DNA of 64,000 bases from the NCBI GenBank assembly GCA_024698505.1, contig JAILRE010000063.1, positions 49,615-113,614 of the forward strand. Direction: 5' to 3'. Each line of letters opens with the position of its first letter. Positions within the stretch are counted from its first letter, which is position 1. Below the pieces are notes generated by a model that did not search any database, had not been told where the DNA came from, and was given only the letters and a program-made list of their open reading frames with translations. The stretch is from Clostridiales bacterium. Its GTDB lineage: Bacteria > Bacillota > Clostridia > Christensenellales > CAG-138. The position numbers were made by a program, and so were the translations under genes. Below, in pieces: positions 8,492 through 17,760 of the stretch.

Positions 8492-11095
8492 ATGGCTTCT
8501 TTGACGCCGATGATGCAGCAATATCTTGAGCTTAAGGAAAAGTACAGCGATTGTTTGCTTTTCTTCAGGCTCGGCGACTTTTACGAGATGTTTTTCGAGG
8601 ACGCGTTGACCGCTTCGAGGGAGCTTGAGATAGTCCTTACCGGGCGCGATTGCGGTTTGACTGAGCGCGCGCCCATGTGCGGAGTGCCGTATCATTCCGT
8701 AAACAGCTATATCAACAAGCTTATCGACAAGGGCTACAAGGTCGCGATCTGCGAACAGCTCGAGGATCCCGCTCTCGCGAAGGGCCTCGTCGAAAGGGAC
8801 GTCATAAGGGTCATCACTCCCGGCACCGTTATCGAGGAGCAGATGCTTCCCGATAACGCGAACAATTACATAATGGCGATACTCGCCGCCAACGGCGTAT
8901 TCGAGCTCGCCTACTGCGACGTTTCAACGGGGGATTTCTATTCCGCGGAACTCATTGGCGACAGGGCTCAGCAGGAGCTGATGGACGAGCTTACAAGGAT
9001 CGAGCCGCGCGAGATAATCGCGAACGAGTTCCTATTTACGAGGGAATTCATCACAAGGTGGATCACATCCAAGTTCTATATAGAAAAGAAGGAGCAGAAG
9101 TATTTCGATATCGAACGCGGTCAGCGCGGCCTCATGAAGCATTTCAAGGTCAATTCGCTTTCCGGCTACGGCATAAGCGACAACTCCATGGCCGCTGCAT
9201 GCGCAGGCGCGCTGCTGAGATATCTTGAGGATACGCAGAAGAACGCGCTTACCCATATCACGAAGATAATGCTTCAAAAGCCCCGCGAGTATATGGGCAT
9301 AGACGCCTCGACAAGGCGCAATCTGGAGCTGACGACCCCTCTCAGGTACGACGGCAGCAAGAAGAATACGCTCCTCGGCGTGCTCGACAGGACGAAAACT
9401 TCCATGGGCGCGAGGATGATGAGGAATTGGGTGGATCAGCCCCTTCAGTCCATAGAGGCGATCAACGAAAGGCTCGACGCGGTTGAAGCCCTTTATTCCA
9501 AGGCGAAGGAGCGCGGGCTTTTGAAGGATGCGCTCGACGGCGTTTACGACATCGAAAGGCTCTGCAGCCGTATCGCATACGGCACCGTCAACGCGAGGGA
9601 CTGCGACGCCCTCAGAAAGACGCTTGCCAAAATACCTTCCGTACGCGAAGCCGTTGAAAGGATACAGGGCAGCGATAGGCTCGGCAAGATAGCTTCCGGG
9701 ATCGATCCTATGGAGGATATAAGGGAGCTTCTTGAAAGGGCAATAGTCGACGAGCCTCCGCTTTCCGTCAAGGACGGCGGTATAATAAAGGAGGGCTACG
9801 ATAAAGAGGTCGACGAGCTGAAGAGCCTTTCCCACGGCGGCCGCAGCGCCCTTGCAAGCATAGAGAACCGCGAACGCGAGCGCACCGGTATAAAGAATCT
9901 CAAGGTCGGCTATAACCGCGTATTCGGCTACTATATTGAGGTCACCAATTCATACAGGGAGCTTGTGCCCCTTGATTATCAGCGCAAGCAGACGCTTACG
10001 AACGCCGAAAGATTCGTTACCCCCGAGCTCAAACAGCTTGAGGAGAAGATACTCGGCGCGGAGGAGAAGTGCATTTCGCTCGAGTATTCACTCTTCTGCG
10101 AGATAAGGGAGCTTCTTCTTGAGTGCATAGACAGGCTCAAGGCGGATTCCGTCATGATAGCCGAGCTCGATTGCTTTGCCGCGCTCGCGCAGGATGCGGT
10201 CGATTACGATTACTGCCGGCCGCGTATGTCGAAGAGCGGAAAAATCAAGATCGTGGACGGACGCCATCCGATAGTCGAGCGAAGCGTAAAGGATCAGTTC
10301 ATCCCCAACTCCACCGAGCTTGACGACAAGGACGATCGTATCGTTATACTTACCGGCCCCAATATGGCGGGCAAGAGCACCTATATGAGGCAGGTTGCGC
10401 TCATCACGCTTATGGCGCATATGGGTTCGTTCGTTCCCGCAAAGCAGGCGAATATCTGCCTGGTGGACAAGATATTCACAAGGGTGGGCGCTTCCGACAG
10501 CCTGTCAACCGGCCAGTCCACGTTTATGGTAGAGATGAGCGAGATGGCGAATATCCTCAACAACGCCACCTCGAAGAGCCTCCTCGTTATCGACGAGATA
10601 GGCAGGGGGACGAGCACGTTCGACGGTCTTAGCATAGCGTGGGCAGTAGTTGAGCATATCTCCGACAGGCGCAAGTGCGGCGCGAAGACGCTCTTTGCCA
10701 CGCATTATCACGAGCTTACAGAGCTTGAGGGCAAGCTTGACGGCGTTAAGAATTACAGGATCACCGTTAAGGAGATAGGCGACGATATCATTTTCCTGAG
10801 AAGGATTATGAGGGGCGGCGCCGATAAGAGCTTCGGCATCCAGGTCGCCCGTCTTGCGGGGCTTCCTTACAGCCTTATCGAGCGTTCCAAGGAGATACTG
10901 AAGCAGCTTGAGGATTCCGATATCAACAATGCCGCCGCAAGGGTAAAGGACGTCGTCTCCGAGCAGGTCAATCTTTTGGGCTCCACGGATGAGAAGGATA
11001 TCATCAGCGAGCTTCGCAGTATAGACGTCAACGGGCTCACGCCAATGGAAGCGTTGAGCAAGCTTTATGAACTTAGCATGAGGGCAAAGATATGA
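8492..11095 (+). CDS. mutS: DNA mismatch repair protein MutS
   Basis: TPMMQQYLELK N-terminus, Walker A GPNMAGKST, 867 aa. Confidence 0.95.
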   Translation: MASLTPMMQQYLELKEKYSDCLLFFRLGDFYEMFFEDALTASRELEIVLTGRDCGLTERAPMCGVPYHSVNSYINKLIDKGYKVAICEQLEDPALAKGLVERDVIRVITPGTVIEEQMLPDNANNYIMAILAANGVFELAYCDVSTGDFYSAELIGDRAQQELMDELTRIEPREIIANEFLFTREFITRWITSKFYIEKKEQKYFDIERGQRGLMKHFKVNSLSGYGISDNSMAAACAGALLRYLEDTQKNALTHITKIMLQKPREYMGIDASTRRNLELTTPLRYDGSKKNTLLGVLDRTKTSMGARMMRNWVDQPLQSIEAINERLDAVEALYSKAKERGLLKDALDGVYDIERLCSRIAYGTVNARDCDALRKTLAKIPSVREAVERIQGSDRLGKIASGIDPMEDIRELLERAIVDEPPLSVKDGGIIKEGYDKEVDELKSLSHGGRSALASIENRERERTGIKNLKVGYNRVFGYYIEVTNSYRELVPLDYQRKQTLTNAERFVTPELKQLEEKILGAEEKCISLEYSLFCEIRELLLECIDRLKADSVMIAELDCFAALAQDAVDYDYCRPRMSKSGKIKIVDGRHPIVERSVKDQFIPNSTELDDKDDRIVILTGPNMAGKSTYMRQVALITLMAHMGSFVPAKQANICLVDKIFTRVGASDSLSTGQSTFMVEMSEMANILNNATSKSLLVIDEIGRGTSTFDGLSIAWAVVEHISDRRKCGAKTLFATHYHELTELEGKLDGVKNYRITVKEIGDDIIFLRRIMRGGADKSFGIQVARLAGLPYSLIERSKEILKQLEDSDINNAAARVKDVVSEQVNLLGSTDEKDIISELRSIDVNGLTPMEALSKLYELSMRAKI

Positions 11096-12981
11096 TCATC
11101 AGAAGGATCGAGGTGCTTGAGCCTCAGGTCGCCAACAAAATAGCCGCGGGCGAGGTCGTTGAAAGGCCCGCTTCCGTCGTAAAGGAGCTCGTCGAGAACG
11201 CCCTTGACGCAGGAGCTTCCGCAGTTACCGTTGAGATACGCGAGGGCGGCACCGAGTACATAAGGGTGACCGACAACGGATGCGGCATCCCCTGCGAAGA
11301 CGTGAAGACCGCGTTCCTTCGCCATGCGACGAGCAAGCTCCGCTCCGCCGAGGGGCTCGACGGGATAGAGACGCTCGGCTTCAGAGGCGAGGCTTTGGCA
11401 TCCATAGCGGCGGTTTCGCACGTTACCATGCGGACGGCGACGCAGGAAGAGGAGCACGGGACCATGATCTCTCTCGACGGGGGCGAGGTTCGCGAATGCC
11501 TGCCCTGCGGATGCCCGATAGGAACGAGCATTGAGATAAGGGAGCTGTTCTACAACGTCCCCGCGAGGCTTAAATTCCTTAAATCCGCAAGGGCGGAGGC
11601 AGCGGCGGTCGGCGATTACATGCTCAGGCTGATACTCGGCAATACCGGGGTATCGTTCAAATTCATCAATAACGGCAAGCCCGTCTACCACAGCGCGGGA
11701 GACGGCTCGCTTGAAAACGCGCTCGCCTGCGTTTACGGCTCCGATCTTGACGAGCATCTCAAGAAAGTCCGCTATGACGACGGCTATATCCTGATCGATG
11801 GCTTCTGCGGCGACGAATCGGTTTCGAGGAGCAACAGGGTCCAGCAGAGCATATTCGTTAACGGCAGATACATCCGTTCTCAGCAGATTAGCTATGCCGC
11901 GCAGAGGGCCTACAATACAAGGCTTATGGTGGGCAGGTTCCCGTTCCTGATGCTGAACGTTAGGATATCCCCGAGGGAGGTGGACGTCAACGTCCATCCC
12001 AATAAGCTGACGGTGCGGTTCCGAGACGAGGAGCGCATTTTCACCGCCGTTATGACCGCCGTCAGGGACGCGCTGAACGGTGTTACGGCGGAGGAGCTGC
12101 CTCTTGCCGAACTGAAGGAGCATAGAACGGTCGCGCCCGATATGTATTCCGTATTCCGCAGGGACAGGGAAGCGGAGAAGAGCATTCCCGTTCCCGACAT
12201 ACCGCGAGAGGAAATAAAGCTCCCCGCAGTTGAAAAACAAGAAGCTTTTGAGACGGCGGAAGAAATAAAGGATGAGCCGATATACGTCAAGGACAGCTCC
12301 TTCGGCACCCCCGTAGTGGAGACCGTCGATCCGAACGGCGTCCTGCATTACGATTTCACCGTCAAGCCGGAAATAAAGGAGGAGCACTTCGAAAAGATCG
12401 AATTCGATCTCAGCCCTTATACCATCGTCGGCATTGCGTTCGATACCTATATCATTGTCGAACAGGGCGACGCGCTGTATTACATAGATCAGCATGCCGC
12501 GCATGAGCGCATACTGTATGAGAAGCTGATAAAGGACGAGCTGAGGTTCGATTCGCAGATACTTCTTGTATCCAAGGTGATCAAGCTCACTCCCACGGAG
12601 CACGAATGCCTTATAGAAAACATGGAAAGGTTCCGTGAGCTCGGCTTTGAGATAGAGGAGTTCGGCTCCTACACGGTGAGCGTACACGCGATCCCCTCCG
12701 GGATCAGGAAGGAATCCGCGGAGAAGCTCGTCCGCGATATGATAGCCGTTATAAAGCGCCAGGGCGCGGTAACGGAGCTCGATCTTGTAAGGAGCTCGCT
12801 CATACAGGCCTCCTGCAAGCACGCCATAAAGGCGGGATACGCGCTCGATAAGCGGGGTATAGACGAGATACTCAGCCACTATGCCGACGGCTCCACGCCC
12901 TTGACCTGCCCCCACGGCAGGCCGATCATGTGCCGCGTGAGCAAGCGCGATTTTGAAAAGATGTTCAAGAGGATCACCTGA
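11092..12981 (+). CDS. mutL: DNA mismatch repair protein MutL
   Basis: IAAGEVVERPASVVKELVENALDAG GHKL ATPase N-terminus. The C-terminal dimerisation/endonuclease region contains DQHAAHERI. Overlaps mutS by 4 nt. Confidence 0.95.
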   Translation: MIIRRIEVLEPQVANKIAAGEVVERPASVVKELVENALDAGASAVTVEIREGGTEYIRVTDNGCGIPCEDVKTAFLRHATSKLRSAEGLDGIETLGFRGEALASIAAVSHVTMRTATQEEEHGTMISLDGGEVRECLPCGCPIGTSIEIRELFYNVPARLKFLKSARAEAAAVGDYMLRLILGNTGVSFKFINNGKPVYHSAGDGSLENALACVYGSDLDEHLKKVRYDDGYILIDGFCGDESVSRSNRVQQSIFVNGRYIRSQQISYAAQRAYNTRLMVGRFPFLMLNVRISPREVDVNVHPNKLTVRFRDEERIFTAVMTAVRDALNGVTAEELPLAELKEHRTVAPDMYSVFRRDREAEKSIPVPDIPREEIKLPAVEKQEAFETAEEIKDEPIYVKDSSFGTPVVETVDPNGVLHYDFTVKPEIKEEHFEKIEFDLSPYTIVGIAFDTYIIVEQGDALYYIDQHAAHERILYEKLIKDELRFDSQILLVSKVIKLTPTEHECLIENMERFRELGFEIEEFGSYTVSVHAIPSGIRKESAEKLVRDMIAVIKRQGAVTELDLVRSSLIQASCKHAIKAGYALDKRGIDEILSHYADGSTPLTCPHGRPIMCRVSKRDFEKMFKRIT

Positions 12982-13949
12982 TGCCAAGACCAACCGTGTT
13001 TTTCATAGTCGGCCCAACGGCGAGCGGCAAGACCGACGCCGCCGTTTTCGCCGCGAAAAAACTGAACGGGGAGGTCGTTTCTGCCGACTCCATCCAGATC
13101 TACCGCGGGCTCGATAAGGGCTCAGCGAAGCCTTCGGAGGAGGAGAAGCAGGGAATACCGCATCATCTGATCGACATAGTCGATTACACGGACGAAACAT
13201 ACAACGTAGCCTGCTTCGCCCGGGATGCGGCAGAGAAAATAAACGAGATCGCCGCAAGGGGCAAGCTGCCGATCGTCGCAGGAGGGACGGGGCTATACGT
13301 CAATTCGCTCCTTTACCCCTTGGATTTTACGGAGGTCAAGCCCGATAAGACCGTCCGTGAAATGCTGATGAGCGAGGAAAAAAACTCTCCCGGCTCGCTA
13401 TACGAAAGGCTCAGGACCGTCGATCCCGCTTCCGCGCAAAGGCTCCATCCGAACGATACCAAGCGCATCGTAAGGGCTTTGGAGGTATATCTCGTCACCG
13501 GCAAGACCATGACCGAGCAGGGCGGGGATTTTGCCAACGAACGCGAAGCCGAGATCCGGTTCGTGCCCGTCATCGCCGGCATCACGATGGAAAGGAGCCG
13601 CCTGTATGACAGGATCAACAGGCGTGTCGATATAATGCTCCGAAACGGCCTCGAGGAGGAGGCGAGGGAGTTGTACCTTTCCTCGGGAAAAAAGCTCCCG
13701 CTATCGCTCCAAGCCATAGGATACAGGCAGTTCATCGCCTATTTCGAGGGCGAAGCGACATATGACGAGACCGTTGAAATAATAAAACGCGAAACGAGAA
13801 GGTTTGCCAAAAGGCAGATCTCGTGGTTCAAGAGGGACAAAAGGATCCGGTGGTTCTCATTGGACGATTTCGGCTCCAAGGATGATATGAACGAAGCGAT
13901 AACGAAATACTTTGAAGAGGAGAAGGATAGGATTGAACGAGCAGAATAA
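12981..13949 (+). CDS. miaA: tRNA dimethylallyltransferase
   Basis: GPTASGKT P-loop and SADSIQIYRGLD motif. Overlaps the mutL stop by 1 nt. Confidence 0.9.
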   Translation: MPRPTVFFIVGPTASGKTDAAVFAAKKLNGEVVSADSIQIYRGLDKGSAKPSEEEKQGIPHHLIDIVDYTDETYNVACFARDAAEKINEIAARGKLPIVAGGTGLYVNSLLYPLDFTEVKPDKTVREMLMSEEKNSPGSLYERLRTVDPASAQRLHPNDTKRIVRALEVYLVTGKTMTEQGGDFANEREAEIRFVPVIAGITMERSRLYDRINRRVDIMLRNGLEEEARELYLSSGKKLPLSLQAIGYRQFIAYFEGEATYDETVEIIKRETRRFAKRQISWFKRDKRIRWFSLDDFGSKDDMNEAITKYFEEEKDRIERAE

Positions 13950-14160
13950 CAGCAGAAACATACAGGACGCATTCCTCAATCAGGCGAGGAAGAACGCGAT
14001 CCCCGTTGATATCCACATAACGAACGGGTATCTTATTTCGGGCGCGAAGATAGTAAGCTTTGACAATTACGCGATCATAGTCGAGGCGGGCGGAAAGCAG
14101 ATGCTTGTCTACAAGCACGCCGTATCGACGGTAACGCCGCAGTCAGCCCTGGAGCTTTGA
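13933..14160 (+). CDS. hfq: RNA chaperone Hfq
   Basis: NIQDAFLNQARKN...VDIHITNGYLISGAKIVSFDNYAIIVEAGGKQMLVYKHAVSTV are Sm1/Sm2 motifs. TTG 13933 has an AGGAGAAGGA RBS; the ORF-track TTG at 13912 has none. Confidence 0.85.
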   Translation: MNEQNNSRNIQDAFLNQARKNAIPVDIHITNGYLISGAKIVSFDNYAIIVEAGGKQMLVYKHAVSTVTPQSALEL

Positions 14161-14172
14161 TCGGGAGGCAAT

Positions 14173-15405
14173 ATGAGCGATAGATCAAGGAAACTGATAG
14201 AAGAGACTGAAGCCGAACTGAGGCCCGTTTTCAAGAGGATGGAGGAGGTCGAATACGTCTGCCAGAAGCGGGTGCTCGATGCTTTCAGGAACAACCGCGT
14301 AGCCGCGAGGCATTTCAATTTCACCACGGGCTACGGCTATGACGACGAGGGAAGGGATACACTTGACCGCATATTCGCGGAGGTCATGCAGACGGAAGCC
14401 GCGCTTGCTGTTCCCCAGTTATCCTCCGGAACGCACACCATTTTCACCGCGCTTGCGGCGATACTGCGCCCTTCGGATGTTATTCTTTCCGCGGTCGGCA
14501 GGCCTTACGACACCCTCGTCGAGGCGATAGGGATCGAGGGCAGCGCGCCCGGTTCGCTAAAGGAATTCGGCATAGGCTACAGGGAGATCGCCCTGGGCGG
14601 CGACGGCAGGATCGATCTTGCCGCGCTCGAACGCGAGCTTGCCGCAAAGCCCAAGATCGTCTATTTCCAGAGGTCGAGGGGCTATGAATGGAGGAACGCG
14701 ATACTTCCTTCAGAGATGAAGCCCGCATTCGATCTTGTGAAAAAGCTCTCCCCTGAAAGCGTCATAATGGTAGATAACTGTTACGGCGAATTCACTCAGG
14801 CCGACGAGCCCACGGCTTACGGCGCCGATATTATTGTCGGCTCGCTCATAAAAAATCCCGGCGGAGGCATTGCTCACACCGGGGGTTATATTGCGGGAAG
14901 GAAGGATCTTATCGAGCTTGCGGCCAACCGTGTCACCGTTCCCGGGATCGGGCGCGAAGCGGGCTCGTACGCGGGCGGATATCTGCCGTATTATCAGGGG
15001 CTGTTCCTTGCGCCGCATACCGTTTGCCAGGCCTTGAAGACGGCCGCGCTCTTTGCGGGAGTGTTCGAAAAGCTCGGTCTCATGTCCATGCCTTCTTCGA
15101 CCGCGGAGAGATCCGACGTCGTTCAGGCGCTGAGGTTCCCCGAAAAGGAACAGCTTATAAACTTCTGCCGCGTAATACAATCGGTCTCGCCCGTTGACAG
15201 CTTCGTTGCGCCGGAGCCCTGGGCAATGCCCGGGTACACGTCCGAGGTGATCATGGCGGCGGGCACGTTCGTGCAGGGCGCCTCGATAGAGCTCACCGCA
15301 GACGCGCCGATCCGCGAACCGTACACCGCCTACATACAGGGCGGCTTGACCTATTCCCACGGCAGGATCGCCGCGGAAACGGTGCTCGACTCCTTGATTC
15401 AGTAG
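14173..15405 (+). CDS. YnbB-like PLP-dependent enzyme (aluminium-resistance / Met gamma-lyase family)
   Basis: 410 aa with colinear similarity to the YnbB family, which commonly follows miaA-hfq in Firmicutes. Contains an SLIKNPGGG region. Confidence 0.7.
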   Translation: MSDRSRKLIEETEAELRPVFKRMEEVEYVCQKRVLDAFRNNRVAARHFNFTTGYGYDDEGRDTLDRIFAEVMQTEAALAVPQLSSGTHTIFTALAAILRPSDVILSAVGRPYDTLVEAIGIEGSAPGSLKEFGIGYREIALGGDGRIDLAALERELAAKPKIVYFQRSRGYEWRNAILPSEMKPAFDLVKKLSPESVIMVDNCYGEFTQADEPTAYGADIIVGSLIKNPGGGIAHTGGYIAGRKDLIELAANRVTVPGIGREAGSYAGGYLPYYQGLFLAPHTVCQALKTAALFAGVFEKLGLMSMPSSTAERSDVVQALRFPEKEQLINFCRVIQSVSPVDSFVAPEPWAMPGYTSEVIMAAGTFVQGASIELTADAPIREPYTAYIQGGLTYSHGRIAAETVLDSLIQ

Positions 15406-16073
15406 GAACGGATAAGGCCTATCACCTTGCCGACGAGCTCCACGTCTTCACTTCTGACGATGATGGGCTCCATGGCGGAATTCTCGGGCTGGAGCCTTAT
15501 GTGACCGTTTTCGTGATAGATGCGTTTTACGGTCGCCGAATCGCCGTTGATCCTTGCGACGACGATATCTCCGTCGCGCACTTCGAAGGAACGGGTGACA
15601 ATGATAAGATCGCCGGTGTAGATGCCGGCTTCGATCATGCTCTCGCCGTCAACGGTAAGAAGGAACGTCTCGGCGGGATCGGCGCTCCTTATCAGATCCT
15701 TCGGGAGCACGTAACCGGTCTGATAATCGTCGAATGCGAGTATCGGCTGACCTGCGGCTACCTTGCCTACAAGGGGAAGTCTTGCGGAAGAACTGGCGAG
15801 TTTCTTCTTTTCCTTCTCGGCGGCTGCATGCTTGCGGAAAGCCTTTGAGGACTCCGGAATGCTCCCCGTAAGGCGGACGGTGCGCTGAAGGTTCTTATCG
15901 AAATCGATGAAGCCGTCCCTCTGCAGGTTCGTAAGATGGAGATGCGCGGTCGATGTGGATTTCAGCCTCAGCGCGGCGCAGATCTCGCGCACGGTGGGAG
16001 CGGGCATGCCGCTCATAATACGGTCGTAAATGAAATCGTAAACCGCCATCCTGGTTTCGCCGTTCTTGCTCAT
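15399..16073 (-). CDS. lexA: LexA repressor (S24 peptidase)
   Basis: N-terminal winged HTH (TVREICAALRLKSTSTAHLHLTNLQRDGFI). Ala-Gly cleavage site (VAAGQP), GESM Ser nucleophile and VKR Lys. Confidence 0.9.
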   Translation of the reverse strand: MSKNGETRMAVYDFIYDRIMSGMPAPTVREICAALRLKSTSTAHLHLTNLQRDGFIDFDKNLQRTVRLTGSIPESSKAFRKHAAAEKEKKKLASSSARLPLVGKVAAGQPILAFDDYQTGYVLPKDLIRSADPAETFLLTVDGESMIEAGIYTGDLIIVTRSFEVRDGDIVVARINGDSATVKRIYHENGHIRLQPENSAMEPIIVRSEDVELVGKVIGLIRSY

Positions 16074-16150
16074 GTTCCCTCCTAAGGTTCAAAATGTTTA
16101 TACAGAGCTTTTATACCGCAATGATCCGTGGTATAATGATACTGCGGCTG

Positions 16151-16189
16151 TGATAAAAGCATTATAGCACACTTTTATCACAATTGCAA
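16151..16189 (-). promoter_or_regulatory. lexA promoter with an embedded perfect 9-bp inverted repeat (candidate operator)
   Basis: On the minus strand TTGCAA (16184-16189), a 17-nt spacer, then TGcTATAAT (-10 at 16161-16166). TGATAAAAG-N12-CTTTTATCA (16151-16180) brackets the -10. Confidence 0.45.
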
Positions 16190-16220
16190 ACAAATGTACC
16201 TAAATTTTTCGGAGTTTTTT

Positions 16221-16643
16221 ATGGAAGAAAAACGCATGTGTCTTCTTGACGAAACAAAGGTCTGCGACGACTGCGGCGAATGCAACAGATGCGACCTCGA
16301 TCCCAACAAGATCTGCGATAACTGCTGTAAGTGTATCGCAATGGAGGACGAGGGAAAGGAGTTCCGCAGCAGGATAGTGGGCAAGGAAGCTTCCGAAGCC
16401 AAGCCTTTCGGAGGCTATTATCACATATCCAAAATGAAGAAGAGAGATCCGCATGTGCCGTTCGATCCCTTTGACGAGAACGCGGAGCTGACCCCCGAGC
16501 TTGTCGCATTCTGGGAGAGCAAGCTTCAGGAATACGGCGAGGCTCCCGCCGACGACGGCTTCGGCGAGATATCGGTCAATACGAGGATACCCGTTTCCGG
16601 CAAGAGGAAGATTACCGCAAGGCACAGGAAACAGGATAAATAA
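16221..16643 (+). CDS. Hypothetical Cys-rich protein transcribed divergently from lexA
   Basis: ATG 16221 lies 6 nt after GGAG. N-terminal CxxCxxCxxC...CxxCCxC cluster, an acidic middle and a basic tail. No family recognised. Confidence 0.5.
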   Translation: MEEKRMCLLDETKVCDDCGECNRCDLDPNKICDNCCKCIAMEDEGKEFRSRIVGKEASEAKPFGGYYHISKMKKRDPHVPFDPFDENAELTPELVAFWESKLQEYGEAPADDGFGEISVNTRIPVSGKRKITARHRKQDK

Positions 16644-16648
16644 ACGGG

Positions 16649-16676
16649 AAGAGCGAGGGTAAAAGCCCCCGCTCTT
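16649..16676. terminator. Hairpin between convergent genes (possible bidirectional terminator)
   Basis: AAGAGCGAGGG-loop-CCCCCGCTCTT is an 11-bp stem with one mismatch. The flanking T-tract is weak. Confidence 0.4.
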
Positions 16677-16690
16677 GATTATTCCGATGA

Positions 16691-17704
16691 TTATTTACCG
16701 GATCCGTTCAGCGCTTTTTCCGCAAAGCTGTTGTCGACAAGCTCCTTAAAGTCGACACGCGCCTTCAGCTCTCCGTTGAACTCCATTATGTCGAGAAGTC
16801 TTGAGAAAGCCTCCTCGGTCATGACGGGCGTCTTCATCCAGGAGTCCGTCTCGCGGTAGCTCTTTGCTACTATGGCGAGCGTTTCGACGGATGAATCGGG
16901 GAAATAGGGGAGCATTGCTTCGGCTATCTCGTTATCGCTCGCGGTCTCGACCCATTTCTGCGCTTTCACTATCGCCCTGATGAACTTCGTCACGAGCTTG
17001 GGATCGTTCTTGATAGTCTCGGGCCTCGTCATAAACGCCGTATAGGGGACTTCGCCCGATTCAAGCCCGATGTTCGCAACAATGTAGCCAGAGCCGTTGT
17101 TCTGGAACTGCGTCGCCGTCGGCTCGAAGAGCGTTACGTAATCCCCGGTGCCGCTCTCGAACGCGCCGCCCATAAGATTGAATTGGATGTTGTTGATGAC
17201 TTCCACGTCCTCGCCGGGAGTAAGCCCGTGCTTGTTGAGAACGTACATCAGCGTCATGTAGGGCATTCCGCCGACCCTTCCTCCGATGACCGATTTGCCC
17301 CTCAGCATATCCCATGAGAAGCTATCCGTCTTTTCTCTGCCTATCAGGAACGAGCCGTCCCTTTTTGTAAGCTGACCGATTATCACGGGGTGCTCGGTCT
17401 TGCCCTCGTTGATGACGTAAACGCCTGTCTCCGGGCCCATCAGCGCGAAATCGGCTTCTCCCGCAAGCAGGGCGGTCATACTCGCGTCGCTGCCTCCGCC
17501 GGTGACTATCTCAAGCTTCAGACCTTCCTCTTCGAAATAACCCCTCGAAGCGGCAACGTACAGCGGAGCATAGAAGACGGAACGCGTGACCTCGTTGAGG
17601 ATTATCTTTCTCAGCCCGGTCTCCTTTTTCGAACAGGCGGGGAAAACGGCGCAGATGGCCGCGGTCATAAGGATGCATAAAAACAGAGCAACAACTCTTT
17701 TCAT
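16691..17704 (-). CDS. ABC transporter substrate-binding lipoprotein, NMT1/THI5-SsuA-like family
   Basis: Signal peptide with FPAC lipobox, 337 aa, periplasmic-binding fold pattern typical of the nitrate/sulfonate/taurine SBP family. No permease or ATPase gene is adjacent. Confidence 0.65.
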   Translation of the reverse strand: MKRVVALFLCILMTAAICAVFPACSKKETGLRKIILNEVTRSVFYAPLYVAASRGYFEEEGLKLEIVTGGGSDASMTALLAGEADFALMGPETGVYVINEGKTEHPVIIGQLTKRDGSFLIGREKTDSFSWDMLRGKSVIGGRVGGMPYMTLMYVLNKHGLTPGEDVEVINNIQFNLMGGAFESGTGDYVTLFEPTATQFQNNGSGYIVANIGLESGEVPYTAFMTRPETIKNDPKLVTKFIRAIVKAQKWVETASDNEIAEAMLPYFPDSSVETLAIVAKSYRETDSWMKTPVMTEEAFSRLLDIMEFNGELKARVDFKELVDNSFAEKALNGSGK

Positions 17705-17760
17705 TCTTTACCTCCGGAAAGATTTGCTGCTCTTATACTATTCTGTTGTTGGCCTTTTGT

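Noticed and set aside
11065-12993. 642-aa minus-strand ORF covering all of mutL. Similar long antisense ORFs lie at 2371-3186, 8-9 kb, 20754-21848, 26621-27598, 32739-34310, 44640-45479 and 57098-58042.
   Set aside because: Each lies exactly opposite a gene with unambiguous conserved motifs. They have no start context and no family resemblance, so they are artefacts of codon-position GC bias.
15399-15405. A 7-nt convergent overlap of the ynbB-like and lexA stop regions with no intervening terminator.
   Set aside because: The overlap is real but trivial compaction, and no structure or additional signal was seen.
16074-16220. A canonical Firmicutes LexA box (CGAAC-N4-GTTCG) upstream of lexA. 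I also looked upstream of uvrC (54383-54489) and recX.
   Set aside because: No match is better than two mismatches (GTACATTTGTTTG). GTTCAAAATGTTT near the lexA RBS is not palindromic. I therefore report only the degenerate site and the alternative inverted repeat as candidates.
17705-17760. A possible TPP or other riboswitch upstream of the NMT1/THI5-like binding protein.
   Set aside because: The intergenic space is only about 56 nt, with no conserved riboswitch core, which is too short.
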